Part shown: positions 38,202-51,479 of the stretch, piece by piece
How positions within the stretch are numbered: position 1 is the first letter of the stretch
Layout: each line of letters opens with the position of its first letter
Source of the DNA: Raillietiella orientalis
Lineage: Eukaryota
Assembly (NCBI GenBank): GCA_036172245.1
Contig: JAYWIR010000023.1
Coordinates: forward strand, 1,364,001 to 1,428,000
Reading direction: 5' to 3'
Length of the DNA: 64,000 nt
Program-made: the position numbers and the translations under genes
The notes under the pieces: generated by a model
Told to the model about the DNA's origin: nothing
Seen by the model: the letters and a program-made list of their open reading frames with translations, nothing else
The model's database searches: none

Positions 38202-39621
38202 TCCCCAATCGATTCCAACTACACGGAGAAGTTCTTGAGTCTTTTCCTATCGGCTGAAATTCCTTATCATCATGGTTCCTGTTTATCATCTGTTCCTCTC
38301 TTTTCCTAGAGATCCAGAGGTTTTGTGTAGATACGACAAACTTCAGCGACAAAATTCCAATCCTAGATTACGCTTCCAATTTGCATCCAGAAATTACAAT
38401 ATCTATCCCTGAATCTCCTTCGTGGATCCGGTCCTTTACAATTCGCGCATGCTCCCTGCTGTTCTGTTCTGCTTAGCAAAAGATGAGGCTTTCGCTCGTC
38501 CGATAAGATGAACTACAACTCATGTAACACCGGGATGATAAGTCTCGAATGGACTCCTTCGGGAGCTCAGCCCCATTGTCAGACCATAACATCGTGGCAT
38601 TATCAGAATATCGACCACTTCTCAAGGGTTCTCCCGAACATTTTTTGTTTTTGTGCGTGAGAGGATGACGTATGCAGTCGAGTTAGAGCTTCTGGGATTT
38701 TCGGGAATGATTTCGTTAAGTTTTCATGTTTGAGGAAACGGTCACATATTGAATTCATTTCTGTAGCGACCACTGGTTCAATTACCGGATCAAGGTTCGG
38801 TTTTGACGACGGGGATCATGGAAACCTGAGCATTTATTTTTAATCCTGCTTTCACAATAATGTTGCTGGAGAAGACTCTTCACAACTTCCAACATCCTTC
38901 TGTTTTGCCGAAGACTTGCAGACTGTCCGGTGATCCAATATGTGTTCCCGATAAATGTCCCGTCCATGCTTCATAATGACCCTCCCCTTTACGTTTTCTA
39001 TCCGAGTGCGAGGAATCCCAAGTTCTCTAAGACCCTCATCGTTCTCCAGATTCTGGCCTCCCAGGAGTCCTCCACCTACTCACTGCTGCTCCCACTGAAG
39101 CCGGTCGCCGGACAGGAGAGACAGGTTCTTGCGTTGCGACTTTTTTCTTTCACGTAATCTTCTAAGTGCTGTGGCAATGTGCTCACATGGACAGTCAGCG
39201 CTTAGTGAGGCTAGGGTGACCCTGGTTCTGCAGCATCAGCTCCTGCTGCTGGATTCTTAAGCTACCTCTCAGTATTAATGGGCTCGAGGCCTAGTCAACT
39301 TACATTTTCCCTGATTTCACTTCCTTCAGGAGGTTGATCAGATGGTCACGCCACTTAGCAATGAAGTTGGAATTCCTCACACCACGAATGAGGACACACG
39401 CCGAGGAGCTCCCACCTCAAGCACCTACAGAACGTTTGATTCACTCCACCTGCTGGAGCCGCGAGCACGGGCAGCACGCTGAATTGAGCAGCGTGCATGG
39501 AACGGGTAGCAGGAGAACGCAGACGATCCCCGGTATGAAGAAGTGCTCGGTTGCCCGCCACCTTTGAATGTCCGAGCGCTCTTGAGTCCTTCCGGGATGC
39601 TGGTCCATCCAGAGGTCTGCA

Positions 39622-40165
39622 TTGGCAGCTGCGTGGCTACTGCGGTCTCCACGCGTGATACCAAGAGTTGCGGGCTCGAATCCTACCTGGGGAAGGATCG
39701 ACTCCAGTGGAAAGGGGTTCGTCGTAAGCTTGGAGTCCCTCCTGTAGGATGACACTGGTTGGGCAGCAGGCTTCAGGTGCACCACGAATGAAAGGAAGAA
39801 ACAGGATGCCCCGTTGACTGGCCGCGATTGGGAGCTGACCGTCCGAGTTCCTTCCAGACATCAAGCTACCCTTCCCTTCTGAGCTCCCCTCTCTTTGTGC
39901 AAATAGAACCCGCCAGCCATTGAGTTCCAGGGAGCTGGTTGCTGCCTCCCCAGAATGTCAAGAAGCGTGCTGCTCTCTTCGAGGAGCGGTTCCTCTGAGG
40001 GTTCCCTCCGGAGAAGACATTCAGGAGCGCATCCTTTCCAGGTTCCCTTCGGAGAAGAAATGAAGAGTGAACCGATCCGAGGGTCCTTCTGGAGAAAATA
40101 AGGAAGAGGTTCCCTCAGAGTTTCCTCCCAAGCGTAACAGGAACGGAACGGACTGCTCAACGTAA
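39622..40165 (+). mobile_element. tRNA-derived SINE
   Basis: TTGGCAGCTGCGTGGCTACTGCGGTCTCC..GGGCTCGAATCCTACC, core GGATGCCCCGTTGACTGGCCGCGATTGGGAGCTGACC (~39804-39840) and repeated GGTTCCCT..GGAGAA units. Confidence 0.85.
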
Positions 40166-40379
40166 GTGGTTCCGTCCATTCTGGGGGAAGAGTTCCTTGC
40201 TTTAGGCAGAACTGGAGCCATTTCCTATATTGCGGAAGGCTCCCTGGTTGGGGAGAGACCCAGCCACGGTGTTTCCTGATAGGAAAGCAACATCAGCACG
40301 TTCGAATGTGTTGGGGGGCTGCTCTTCGGCTCTTACAATAGGACCCCGCCATAAGTACCTGCTGATTCGATGATGGCTC

Positions 40380-41720
40380 TTTTTCCTACCGATTCAACTT
40401 TTGCTTTTCGCGTTTCTCCGCGGAATCCAGCTGGCTTCTTACACGAGTACTCCGAGGTCGTTTTACGCCGTAGGAGTCTGCAGCCTCTTCCGATGGCTGA
40501 GAAATCCCGCACTTGACTCTTTTTTCAGAAGAGATCCTTGCTTTATCCGAAATCTGACTTTTTCCTTTTCCCTTTGTAATTTTTCGCCACATCTCTTCTG
40601 TCTGACCTTTCCTATTGCACATTGGGATCTCTTCTCAATGTGCAGTCCTACCCAGTCTTACCACCATCCAGCCCAGAGATGAATGGCGCACCGTGGTGTA
40701 CCGTCTCGATTTCCCCCAGGAATCCGGATTCTTATCTACTAACAGAGGAGGCTATAGCTTGCATCCCAAGTCCAGTGTCGGTGATTGGTCTGTGGCGTTC
40801 CAAGATAAAGGAAGATTTCCAAGATGACCTCATGCTACTGAGAAAGATTTCTTGCTACTCCTAAGGATATCACTGTTAGTGCCTTATCACATGCTCAATA
40901 TTGATGCAATCGGGCATTCTTCTGCTGGCTAGTCTAGAGGAGGATAGACAGCCCGTAGTTGCAAGGTGCCCCGTAGTGATGTCATCAAGCTTGCGGCTTC
41001 CATGTCTGGTGGGAGAACTGCACTATCCCATGTAGGAGGTCAGGCCGTTTTCGATGCTGTGTCATCACTCCCGATGTATCTGCCTTGAACAGCTAATGCT
41101 ACTGGAGACACGCGATTGTCCAAGGGATCCATGGAAGTGGTCGAAATTCGTCTTTCTTGGTTGTCTTGAATTTCGTCCTGACAAACCATTTCGTGTGATC
41201 TGCAAGGCCTTCCTGCTCTCAAAAGACGTTCTTCACCTATGATTGTGGTGCGCAAGTCCCAAGGATCACAAAGATCGATACGGCAACCGGCAGATTTCAG
41301 TTATCAGGATCGCAAATAGGGGAGGAGTATTTCGCTCTGACGCCCTCTCTACACATCTGTGTATCTGCAGCTGTGTATCCAGGGTGGCCTCGCGCCCGAT
41401 TTCCACTTGACGCGTTGTGCTTTTTGTTCGGGCAATGCGATTTTGAAACAAAGTTGCAGCCCTCTAAGGAGCATACCGATGGCGTGAGGATCAGGTATCG
41501 AAATATCAGGCCGTTGTCACGGGGGTCCGCAAGCCCCATTGATTCCACTAGACAGGGTATTTGCGGGAGTCAGGGACGCAATCATCCGTGCCTCAGTTCT
41601 CTTGTTTACTTTATTTGCCGTAATTCTTTCCTCTGCATCTTGTCCCTGAAAGCCCTCCCACCTTCCTGTTTTCGTTTTACCTCCTTCCTTTCCTTGTCCC
41701 CTTATCCTTGGAAGGGGACA
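40380..41720 (+). mobile_element. Probable ORF2 3' remnant, highly degenerate
   Basis: NRGGYSL parallels RMGGFSF/RKGFGF of other copies. A C-terminal FAGVRDAII segment is followed by a pyrimidine-rich UTR-like tract. Confidence 0.35.
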
Positions 41721-41949
41721 AGTTCCCGCGAAGGGACAAGTTTCCGGGGAAGTGTCCGTGAGGGACAGAGCCCCAGATACCTGTGGGCGCATGCCAGGCA
41801 GGACGGACCGGAAGGTTCAGCTGTAGGGACTTCGGGACTCAGCAGCGCAGGTCTTAGTCTACAGCAAAGTCACGCAATCAACGCTAATGAACTGAAACAC
41901 TTTTGGCACTTCCACCTGCATAACGAGCAGTCAGTCTGGATGAATGAAG

Positions 41950-42790
41950 TACCATCATCACCAGGAGCTTGGCGGTGGTGATGGAGAGTTTTCTTACCTG
42001 GCTTCGAGGCCATGATAAGATGCTGCTCTTGAGATTGTGTACGCTTCGACCCCAACAGCGAGTGTTCCGAGGCAACAATTTTAAACGCTGATCAACGAGC
42101 TTCTCCCGACCCTGGGAAGTGAACGGTTCACAGTCACAGAATGCAGACTGCTGGAACATGCAGGATCTCCCAGAGTCGCAATGCAGGTGTCGCAGCAGCT
42201 GCCAGTTTCCACGCCAAAGCAAATAAACACGATCTGCGTGATGAGGATGCTTCTGGAAACTACTAGAGCTGCATGGCTTCAGGAGCCCAAAGGACGCCAT
42301 ACTGAAAATCCAAAACGTGGAAGAGTCGATACTGAAAACGGACATTACGGCACCGCCAATTTCGTTCAAATGGTTCTCCGGCCAGATCTTTTCTGTATTC
42401 ATATGACCTCTGGTCACAGGACAGCTTAGGGTGCTTTGTGACCGAAGGCCACATGCAGCGAATGCGGAAAGCACGGACATCTAGTTTTGGCCTGCCCGAG
42501 TCCAAGAAGGGGATAGACGCTCGAGCGATGACGCTAGGACCATAAAGTCTGGTCAAAGTCGCTGCAGAACCAACCGATCATTCTAAAGTAAGCCGACAAA
42601 AAGGTGCAGAAAGCCATGCAGATAGAAGCACTGAAGCGGAAGTGACAATACTCAGCATCTTTCAGCAATCTACTGAGGGAGGAAGAAAGTACCGAGGTAC
42701 AAGAAGATCCAATTCCCAAGCAAAAAGAATAACCCATCGATCCAGCTGAAGGTTGCAGCAAGGGTACAGTTCAAGAGGAAAAAGGTCCAG
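41950..42790 (+). mobile_element. Gag-like ORF1 remnant with CCHC knuckles
   Basis: Intact knuckle CSECGKHGHLVLAC at 42454-42495, preceded in frame by the decayed FCIHMTSGHRTA*. Confidence 0.75.
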
Positions 42791-42799
42791 CTGATTCAG

Positions 42800-43300
42800 A
42801 ATTCGGAAAGGGAAGGCTCATCGCCCTCCTCCGGAAAGGGGTCACACTAAACATTCTTGTGGAAGAAATGGTCATCGACCTCGAAGCAATCACCATCAGA
42901 CGAATTAGGACTTGAAAGAAAAGGACTCTTTCACGCTTTTCATGAAAACTCTTACCATGACATGTCGCGAATTCTGGGAAAGAAATGGGGTGTATCTGCG
43001 ATGACGATGCAGAACTATAATCTGGAAACAGAACAAGAGCTAGTACGATACGCAGTGAGAAAGTTTATTTAGTTGAGACCGATAGGAAGAAAGACTGGGA
43101 AAGACTGTTTCCTTGCTGTAAAGCGATTGCATCCAAAGCAAGCTTTGGAAAAGAATTGGTGTACTTTTCGTAAGGAACACCACAGAAGAAGGCGTTCTTT
43201 GCCATCGTTGTACTCGTTTGTTTGAAAGAAACCACCCCATCACCGGTCAGAATGGGAGGAATGGAGCCATATTTTTTCGTGCTGAGCGCTTGAAGGCTTG
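42800..43300 (+). mobile_element. Probable APE endonuclease start of ORF2 following the ORF1 remnant
   Basis: GRLIALLRKG (GVAILxxK-like). MGCICDDD parallels LDCICFEEE of the 62.9 kb APE-like copy. Confidence 0.4.
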
Positions 43301-44599
43301 CCGCAGCCCTGACCTGAAAATAATCAGTGAATCCTGGATGCTGAGCCTTGTTGGAACATGAGTTGAAGGTGCCAAACTGCTTCAGCATCCAGTTCAGTTC
43401 TGGTCTCGTGGAATTTCTTTCCATGAATGAAATGCTGAATTGTCGATCAGCTACGAGCTACCACCCCCCCAAATTGTTAGAATTTCCTCGTATCCACGGC
43501 CTAGACAAGCGACTCAAGCTGAGGATGCTGTGAACAGTATCTCCTCATTCTTATTATTACCCTGAACTTTCCATGAAGAAATCAATTCCGCAATCCATCC
43601 TTTAATTCACATGGCGTTTCCGAATCGAGTTTTTGGTTTAATTAGCACAATAATGCAAGGGGTACCAGTGTAATTATTCGTTAATCATTTTCGAAGCACT
43701 CTTGACAGTGGATGCCACAAGATATCCCTCTGTCTTGATGGTCCGCCATTCACCCAAATATACCAGAGAAGTTAGCGTTTTTTAATCAGCTACCAAACGA
43801 GAATTTTCCCTGTTATCCCCGTGCCTTTTGCGCAATTTCGGATCCAGGAGACCCTTGGGCACATTTTAGTGTGTAAATTGGAAAGCGAAATAAATGCTCG
43901 ATTTTACAAGTGTACCAATTTATTGGGACACTTGGAAAGAGTTATTTAGCCACAGACTTTCCGAAGAATTCCTCAAGTGGACGATAAGCATTCACACTGC
44001 ACGCATTCACTGTCCAATGTATCCATAGAAACAGGTACGCTGCACGTCATGTACACAGTCAGAAGAAATATACTTGAAATGCTTGGAAGCACTCAGCGGA
44101 TAAATTCCGATGTCAATGATTACTCATGCACTTCTGTAGTTAGCAGATTTTTAGCGAAGAAGTTCATCGTAAACGTGTGAAAGTGTAGCGAACAGAGATT
44201 CCTCTCTCTGCACCACAGCGCTTCTTCGAAGACTCCGACTCCGAGGGGTTCCTTAAGAAAGGACATCCCGGTCTTACCAGAGGCATTTCTTGTCCGTGGA
44301 AAGAATATAGGTTTCGAAGTGCGTGTGCCTAACATTCCTGAATAAAATGATGGTTGAAACGAACTCTTCCAGCGTGATCTGTTTACTCGCAACTCGAATT
44401 TACTTCACTGCCTGCGGCTTGGGCTTTCCTCGACACGTCGTATAGACTGCCCTGTTCACCATCTCCAAACCTCTCTTGAACGACACAGTTCGGCAAGCTG
44501 AATACCTAGAAGTTGAGAGGGCTGAATATCTCTCAAGGGAGCCGTTTTGTGATGGGCTTTCCAGAGGACACGTTTCAGCAGCTTTCTTTTCGTCTTCAG

Positions 44600-45300
44600 A
44601 CCCACTGGATCCGATTGTGCTGTATTCTCCCGGAGACTCGAATCTGCCCAGTAGGTCAGCCCCTCTCCCAGATGGCTGCTATTCTCTTGTTTGTCTTGAT
44701 CTCACTTTTGGCAACAACAGTGTCGAAGCTGAGGGTTGTCGCCAGCTTCATGAAATCCTTTGATGCCGTTGCTGTATTTGGTCAAGCCACGCAGCACGCT
44801 CGTGGCAAGCGCATCTTACGAATCAACAGCAGTGGCAACACGCGGTAGCCATTCGCAACAGTGCAGTAATGTCCAAAGTCCCTGCACGTAAGCAGCTCGC
44901 CCTCCATCGAGGGATGGAGAAGATGCACATGAGATGCACATTTTTTCTTCCATGCACGGGTGGCAGGAACGGAGGCTTCTTGCACGTCAGGGAAGCAGCA
45001 GCCTTACGAGTTGCCTGCGGCCACGAAAGTGGCTGCATGATTCGAGACTGTAAACGCCGATTGCAACTTAAAGTTGAAATTGGCCTTCTGTTTGGTACAG
45101 CACAGCTTCCAAGAGGGTGCGGTACACGGACAAGACCATTCTTAACACACGGCTTCCGCATCCGAATCCCTTCTTTCTCCGTTTGCTTGCTAAAATGCGA
45201 CTAGTTCTCAGGATATGTGTCCGGCTGCCTCTGGGTGGAACATCCTTTAGGGATCAAGCCGCATCTCTCGCTCGGTGGCTGGACGTCTTCCTGGCTGGAT
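44600..45300 (-). mobile_element. Possible ORF1 remnant
   Basis: LLTCRDFGHYCTVA followed by a Cys cluster (CCHCC..PRAC) resembles two decayed knuckles. Confidence 0.35.
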
Positions 45301-47189
45301 CTTTCCGTAAGCGTTTTCTCGTCTCATCGATGGCCAAAGAGATGTTTGAGCGATCGGGCTCCTTTGAGGATTTTCCTCGAATACTCTGTGGATTTCTCAG
45401 CTGCTGAGACCACCGCCTCGCCCGTCAGCTGGACGGTGCGCTGAGTCTCCGAAGAGTGAGAACCAAGCAGAGGGCACTGAAATTTTCCAAGTCCAAGCTC
45501 AGATTCCATCTTTTCTTAAAGTCTGCAGAGCGGGTGCGCTGCATCGGCTCTCATCTTTGCTTCGGGCCAGCACCGCCTACCTCTCGATAGCACAATTTTG
45601 CTCCTGTTGTGATCCGTTGTACTGGATTTTCTCTAGCTCCGGGGGGGGAAGCTGCACGAAGAGTTCGTCACGAGCGGTGCGGGCGCGCGATTCTTCGGAG
45701 CGCGAACGTGCTTCAGAAACTCTCCGCGTCTTTGCCAAAGTAACGGACCATCTTCGTTTTCCCCGTAGCGAAAGGGTGAGGAGGAGGGTTACGGTGCACG
45801 GCGGTGATGCCCGTGGAGGACTGCCATCGCCAGATGACGGGGCAGTGCCTCACGCAGCGCCAACGCGTTGCGAAGGCATTGAAACGGATGAGGAATGCTG
45901 CTGCGTAGTGATGAGATGGCGGGCGAAGGCGCAGAAATTCTCGGTGCGCTGCGGATGTACGAGATGATGCAGTAGTGACTGGCGGTGTGTTGCAGTCGAA
46001 AACCAGAAAGAAAAATTCCTACAGAATTTTTGATAGGGACACGTGGTGGCGGAATGGAATCCTCGAAGTGTCGAGCGGAGCAGCGCTGAAGATCTGTGCG
46101 TGAGTTTCCTGTTCATTCGGATGTGAGTTCTTTCCTTCGTAAGGAGAAGGTATTTCCCAATAGGAAACTATCGCATTTTCAGCCTTCGAGTGCCTAATTT
46201 GAAAGGGTGTTGCTGAAGATGAAACGGTGTTGTCTTCCGTGTTTACAAATGTCTCCTACATGGTAGACTTCTGGCGGCTGTTTGCCTTTGATGTTTTTAT
46301 GATTTTGCAACAAATGAGCTTCCAAATTAAATTCTTTCGTCGCATCTCCGGTACAGTTGAAAAGTAAACTACTGGTTCATGGTTGCCGTCAACTGCTTCT
46401 ACGGGGAAATACTCCCCTTTTGCGATTTTTGTGGAATTCTCGGATGCGATGCGGTGTTCGTGGTTTCAGCGTTTCTCATGTTCTCATTTTGGGATACTCG
46501 CATTTAATGTTTTGTTTCCTTCTTCCGAACTGTGTACATCAGATGCTAATAAGAAGAAAGGATGCCTCTAACGCCACAAATCGCAGTGCTCTTCGAACTC
46601 AGATAACAGGGGAACTACTGTGGAAGTACTTCCTTCCTTTCGGGTTGTGGGCTGCCGCGCATGTGAAGCATGGAGCCAGGCATTTCGGAGAAAGTCGAGA
46701 ATCACAAAACGCTCTGGTGAACTGTAGATCAGCATCAAAAGAATGTGTTCAAGTTTTTGTTTGTCTTTCGCCCCGAGGCCTTGGTTTTGTTGTACACAAG
46801 CAAATATTAACCTTGTCAATGCGCTATGTGAGTTCGTGTCTATGATTGTACTGAAGTTTTGCGAAGGCTCACACGTTAAAAAGATGCTTCCTACTATTTC
46901 AGCAAGGTCATAACCGACACGTGCAAACCCAATCACCACGACATGCATTTAGATTCTAGTTCGCTAGAACTTGCATTCAGAATTTTAGAATGCTTGTAAT
47001 AGATGTAAAGTAACTGGTAAGGTCCATTGTTATGGATAAAAGGCTTCTTAAGTATCACTGAAATCTGATGCCCGTCACCGATTCGTGAATCGTAGAACTT
47101 CAAAGGGCAGACTATGAGAACCTGCAAGAACTTTGGAAGAATTCTCACGTAAAATGCTAGTAATTTATCAACAATTTCAGAAATGATTC

Positions 47190-47640
47190 AGAAAAATAGA
47201 GTCAGCTGCAGATTTCGATGGTATCGTTTTTCAGGATGAGCAAAATGGAAGAACAGTACGTAGGTTCACACAAATCAATCACACGCAAGATGAATGCTAA
47301 AAAATCAGTGTGGATGAATTGCTTACAGGAGATAAGAATGGCAAGTTCAGGCTGGCAAAGTATTTTGTTTCTCACCAAAAGATGAAAAAGGATCAAGATT
47401 TTGCAGATGGTGACCTGAAGGACTTTATTATCTGTGCCAATATCGGTTTTCATCTAGAGCAAGAAATTTTCCTATATTCGCTTCCAGAAGGATTGCCAAT
47501 GCATCCTGCAATCAAATGCAATAGAGGATGTCTACGAAGAAAGAATGAAGGCAAAGGATTGTTTATTGAAGGTGATAATTAATGGTCCAAGAGATCACGA
47601 AGAATAAATAAATTCTTTTCATAAGAAGTTGAGGCACTGA
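47190..47640 (+). pseudogene. Fragment resembling the N-terminal PD-(D/E)xK-like domain of large NACHT/ankyrin proteins of Wolbachia/phage WO and arthropods
   Basis: One frame with one stop (47298-47300): ESAADFDGIVFQDEQNGRTVRRFTQINHTQDEC*KISVDELLTGDKNGKFRLAKYFVSHQKMKKDQDFADGDLKDFIICANIGF. From memory of the family this follows KFDDLVF..YRFLQAKHKQDE..KIS..DLLT..K.GEFSL.KYF.SY.K.K...F..G.LKDFIICTNIDF. AT-rich relative to the flanking transposon DNA. Confidence 0.65.
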
Positions 47641-49140
47641 GAATTTTGCTTGTGATAATTAATTCGATCCACAAGGATGGAATGTGCTCATTATCAGTAC
47701 ATCTGAAGTTTCCAAACACACACACACACACACACACAAATCGAGGTATCTATGATACCTTGCATGAACACAGGTGAACGATTCAAGCCAAGCAACGGCT
47801 CGAGTCTTTCTGTGGTCGAAAATTCAGTGTTGGTTTTTTGGAGAATCTGGGCTAAAACATAAGGAAGAAAACGCCATGGCTACGAGAACGAAGAAGAATT
47901 TTTCTAAGTGTACTCAGTGGGCTTCGGGATAGTTTCATTCTTCTGCTGCATCTTTCCACGGTGGCGTTTTCAAGCAGTGAGATAGATCAATGCATCATGT
48001 GTGCTTCAGAGAACAGCTTCTTTCCGTCGAGACAACAGTCGTAGTGCGGCAGGTCCTCTTGACCTGTGAGGGTGTAGTTCGCGGAGATTCGATGATTGCC
48101 ATCAGAGCATCCAAGCTGAAAATGATTGCACTCAGCTGGTACTGGAAATAGAATTTTTTTCCGCTAATTTCAAATTTGGGATTGCCGAACTGTCGAAATG
48201 GGAGTCGTGATCTGGTGCAGCGTTTATACGAGGGCAAACCAAAAGGAAAGAACGATGTATTCTTTCACGGTACATCGAGGACTTTTTATCTTGACCCTGT
48301 AAATTTTTGTTGTCTTTTCAATGTGGCCAACTCTCTACTACCACTGCTTTTGATGCATTCATCAGCTTCTGAATGCAGACTCGTCATAACCACTTGGTGT
48401 ACTGCATCTCTGATTCCGTAGTTTTTAAGAAGCTGCATCCAGGTGGAGCTTTTTTTGGAGTTCTCCAAAGATGGCAGAACAGAAAGAGGATATTTGGGAG
48501 GAGAAAGTCTCTCCCAATGTTCGAGCTTTTGAATCATTTTAGCGATTCAGTCAATTCAGTAAGGTCATGTCCTGTCTAGTCATATCAGCAGCGTACATTT
48601 AGACAACAAGTATTTGCTCTTCCTGTGAATGGAAGATTGAATTCGCCTTCCCGATGTTGCACAGCGTTTTGTGCTGTTTCGAAAACTTCAGAAGAACCTT
48701 CGGAACATGCACTTCTTCCAGAACGTGCTTTCGAATTCTTGTATGCAGAGGGCGGGGCTGGTTTTCAGCACTGTTTTGCAGCTTGCTTTCAGGATGGTAG
48801 CGATGGGAGCAGTTCCTCTTCTTCGCTGTGGTCTCTCAACATCTCTGGGTATTCTTATCCAAGAGATGAATCGGAACCAACCTCGCACAAAGGAGACTGC
48901 CTTGCAGATGATCAACCCTCGTCGAATGCTTAGCTCTTCGGCAACGGATGAAATGATGTTTTCGTGAAAGAGAGCATTAAACTTGATCAGCACAATTACG
49001 GTTGCTGAATTCATCTCAAGAACTGATGAACTAATCGTAGCCGCTGCTAAAATTTTCCATTCATTTGTGCACTAAAATTTAGAGGTGGTAGAACTGCTCT
49101 TATTCTTTCTGCGGGACAGTTCTACTTCCATCTTGATGCG

Positions 49141-49497
49141 TTACACTCTTTTGCACAGTCTTCTGGAACTTATTTTAGAAGGTACTGGGGCAGGTCGAAA
49201 AGCAGGGATACCATGGTGACAATTGGAGCGTACAGTACACGCAATGCTCGTTTCCGGCCAGACGCTTCCAAAATTGCCTGAGCAGTGCAAAAGATATGCT
49301 GATCTTGGGAGTGTGCTATAATATGGAGTATCAGGTTGAATTTCATGGAAACGCCTCATCCAGTGTTTAAAGCCATAAGGAGTGCTACTAATTTCCTCGG
49401 AATTGCTGCCTTGTCCACTTTCGTCACGAAATAATAAAAAGATTGTTTTCTGGCAGCCAATTCCTTCCAACAAATTTCCCCAGGAGTATTTGGACAA
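49141..49497 (-). pseudogene. Possible THAP-domain relic
   Basis: KHWMRRF...AYLLHCSGNF...FRPAPVPSK echoes the THAP W..CSxHF..AVP pattern. Key residues are decayed. Confidence 0.3.
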
Positions 49498-51479
49498 AGC
49501 AATAGAGCATCTTCTTCATCATTGGAAGCACAGGCTTCATTCTCAGATAATGCGTTGGGAAGGCTTGAGATGCAGTGCAGCTCTTTCGAGAACTCGGCAT
49601 TTCGCCTGATAAGACGCAGCTCACATATTCGCAATTCGTTAGAGTGAGCTCTGCGCTGTGAGTGAGTTGGAGTAACGCACCATATATCATTCTGGTACTC
49701 CCCAACATCCTATCAACCAATTATGAGTTGGTTGCCAAATGACGGAGATCCAATCTTAGTGGACTAAGGAAAATTCTGTTTCGAAAATTTCAACCACAAA
49801 AACAAAACAGACAAAGCATTTGCGCCTCATAAGATACAAAGGGAGTTCACGAATTCAAGAGAAGAGAGGTTTTTCTCGTGAAGCATTTGAAGGCTAATGT
49901 GACCGTTTGAATATTGTCCATAGACAATATAGTACACAAACAGTGGAGCGAGAAACTGATTAAATCTATCGAAAATATATTGGTTTCATTTTAAATAATG
50001 CAAGAATGTGGGATTAATTTCGAGATTACCGATAATAACATCGATCACAATGATAACACGTATATATTTATGGTATGAATTCAGGAATGCAGCACGTGTG
50101 TGGGCTGTTTACGTCTTTACATCGTATTTTTCGAATGCAAAATTTGCAAGCATTTTAATAAGAGCAAGTATCTAGGCTACTAGTGGTTATTAATATTAAC
50201 CCTCGCGCAGCTCATGGTGATGCTGCTTTCGGATGCTGGGATTCAGAGACTCATCACCTCATAAAAACAATCGTTTCAAATCGTTTATACATATAAAGTC
50301 ATCTAGAAGTGCGATGACTTTGAAACGAAACATGATGGATTCTGGAGTCCTGTCTTCTTCAAGGAGGATTTCATGTTCCCTTCATGAAAGAATGGTTTTT
50401 CGAGAGAAAGAGGTTCTTCAATGTGATAAAGGGCTCATAAAATTGCCATGCAAGCGATCAGAAAGTAGGGCATCAGAAACAAGCAGGACTGTCCATCTCT
50501 GCACTTGAGTGGGGACACCCGGACAACGTGCGAAAGAGCATCAGAAATGCGATGACTGACTGTGTCTGGAAAACATAGTCAACGAAGATCTGGAAGCACG
50601 GGAAAGAATAGGGGCTTGAAGCAGTGCAGAGGAGGCAGCTGCAGATCTCATGAACAGAGAAAGATGGATATCTGATCTTCTCAGAGCAGATGACAAGAAC
50701 ATCTCAGAAAACCATGCGGGTGAAAACTGTCGCATCAGTGGTGAGCACATCTGTGGCATGCAGATTAGGAAGAGAAAGGTCGTGGAGAGAACTTAGGAAA
50801 GTGTGCGCCATACGTCAGTTCTGATTTCAACTGGGTTTTAAAATCTGCACCATGACTGCATTTAAGGATGTGAATCAGCAGCTGTATCACATCCATTTGT
50901 CAAATGATTGGACATCATTTTCAAAGCTGACTAACGAGCAGAAAATATGAGGGACCAAAGAAAATGAAAGGAAGAGTTCCGAAACAAAACGGATAAACGC
51001 GAAGACCAGCAGAAGCGAGCTGAATGTTGGCTGACATCGAGCTCAATGTAAGAGAAGGAAGAGCAATCATGCATTGAGGCGTTTGAAATGAAGATGAGGT
51101 CCGCATCAGGTCGAGGAAACATTCGATGGGCCGACGATCTCTTCCACTATAGCAGGGATAATGATTTCTGGATCGAGGTCATGAGATGCATAATATATCC
51201 ATTTTAATAAATGAATTTCTCCGAATGATTAAGATGAGAGCTTCGGCCTCCCCGCCTTCGTTTAAGAACGAAAGAAACGAAGATGCGAAATCCTTCGTGA
51301 TAAATAATTCACGGAATGCAGTAAAGAATAAACCCCAGGAGTGGATAGACCAACGCATGCCAGTCTTCATTCTAAGCAGCTTTTTAACAACCTTGCTATT
51401 TTCGCAGTTTTCCAAGATGAAGTGCCGGTATAAAAATGCATCGAAAAACCGAGAGGATGCTCAGCTTTCGATACAGAGG

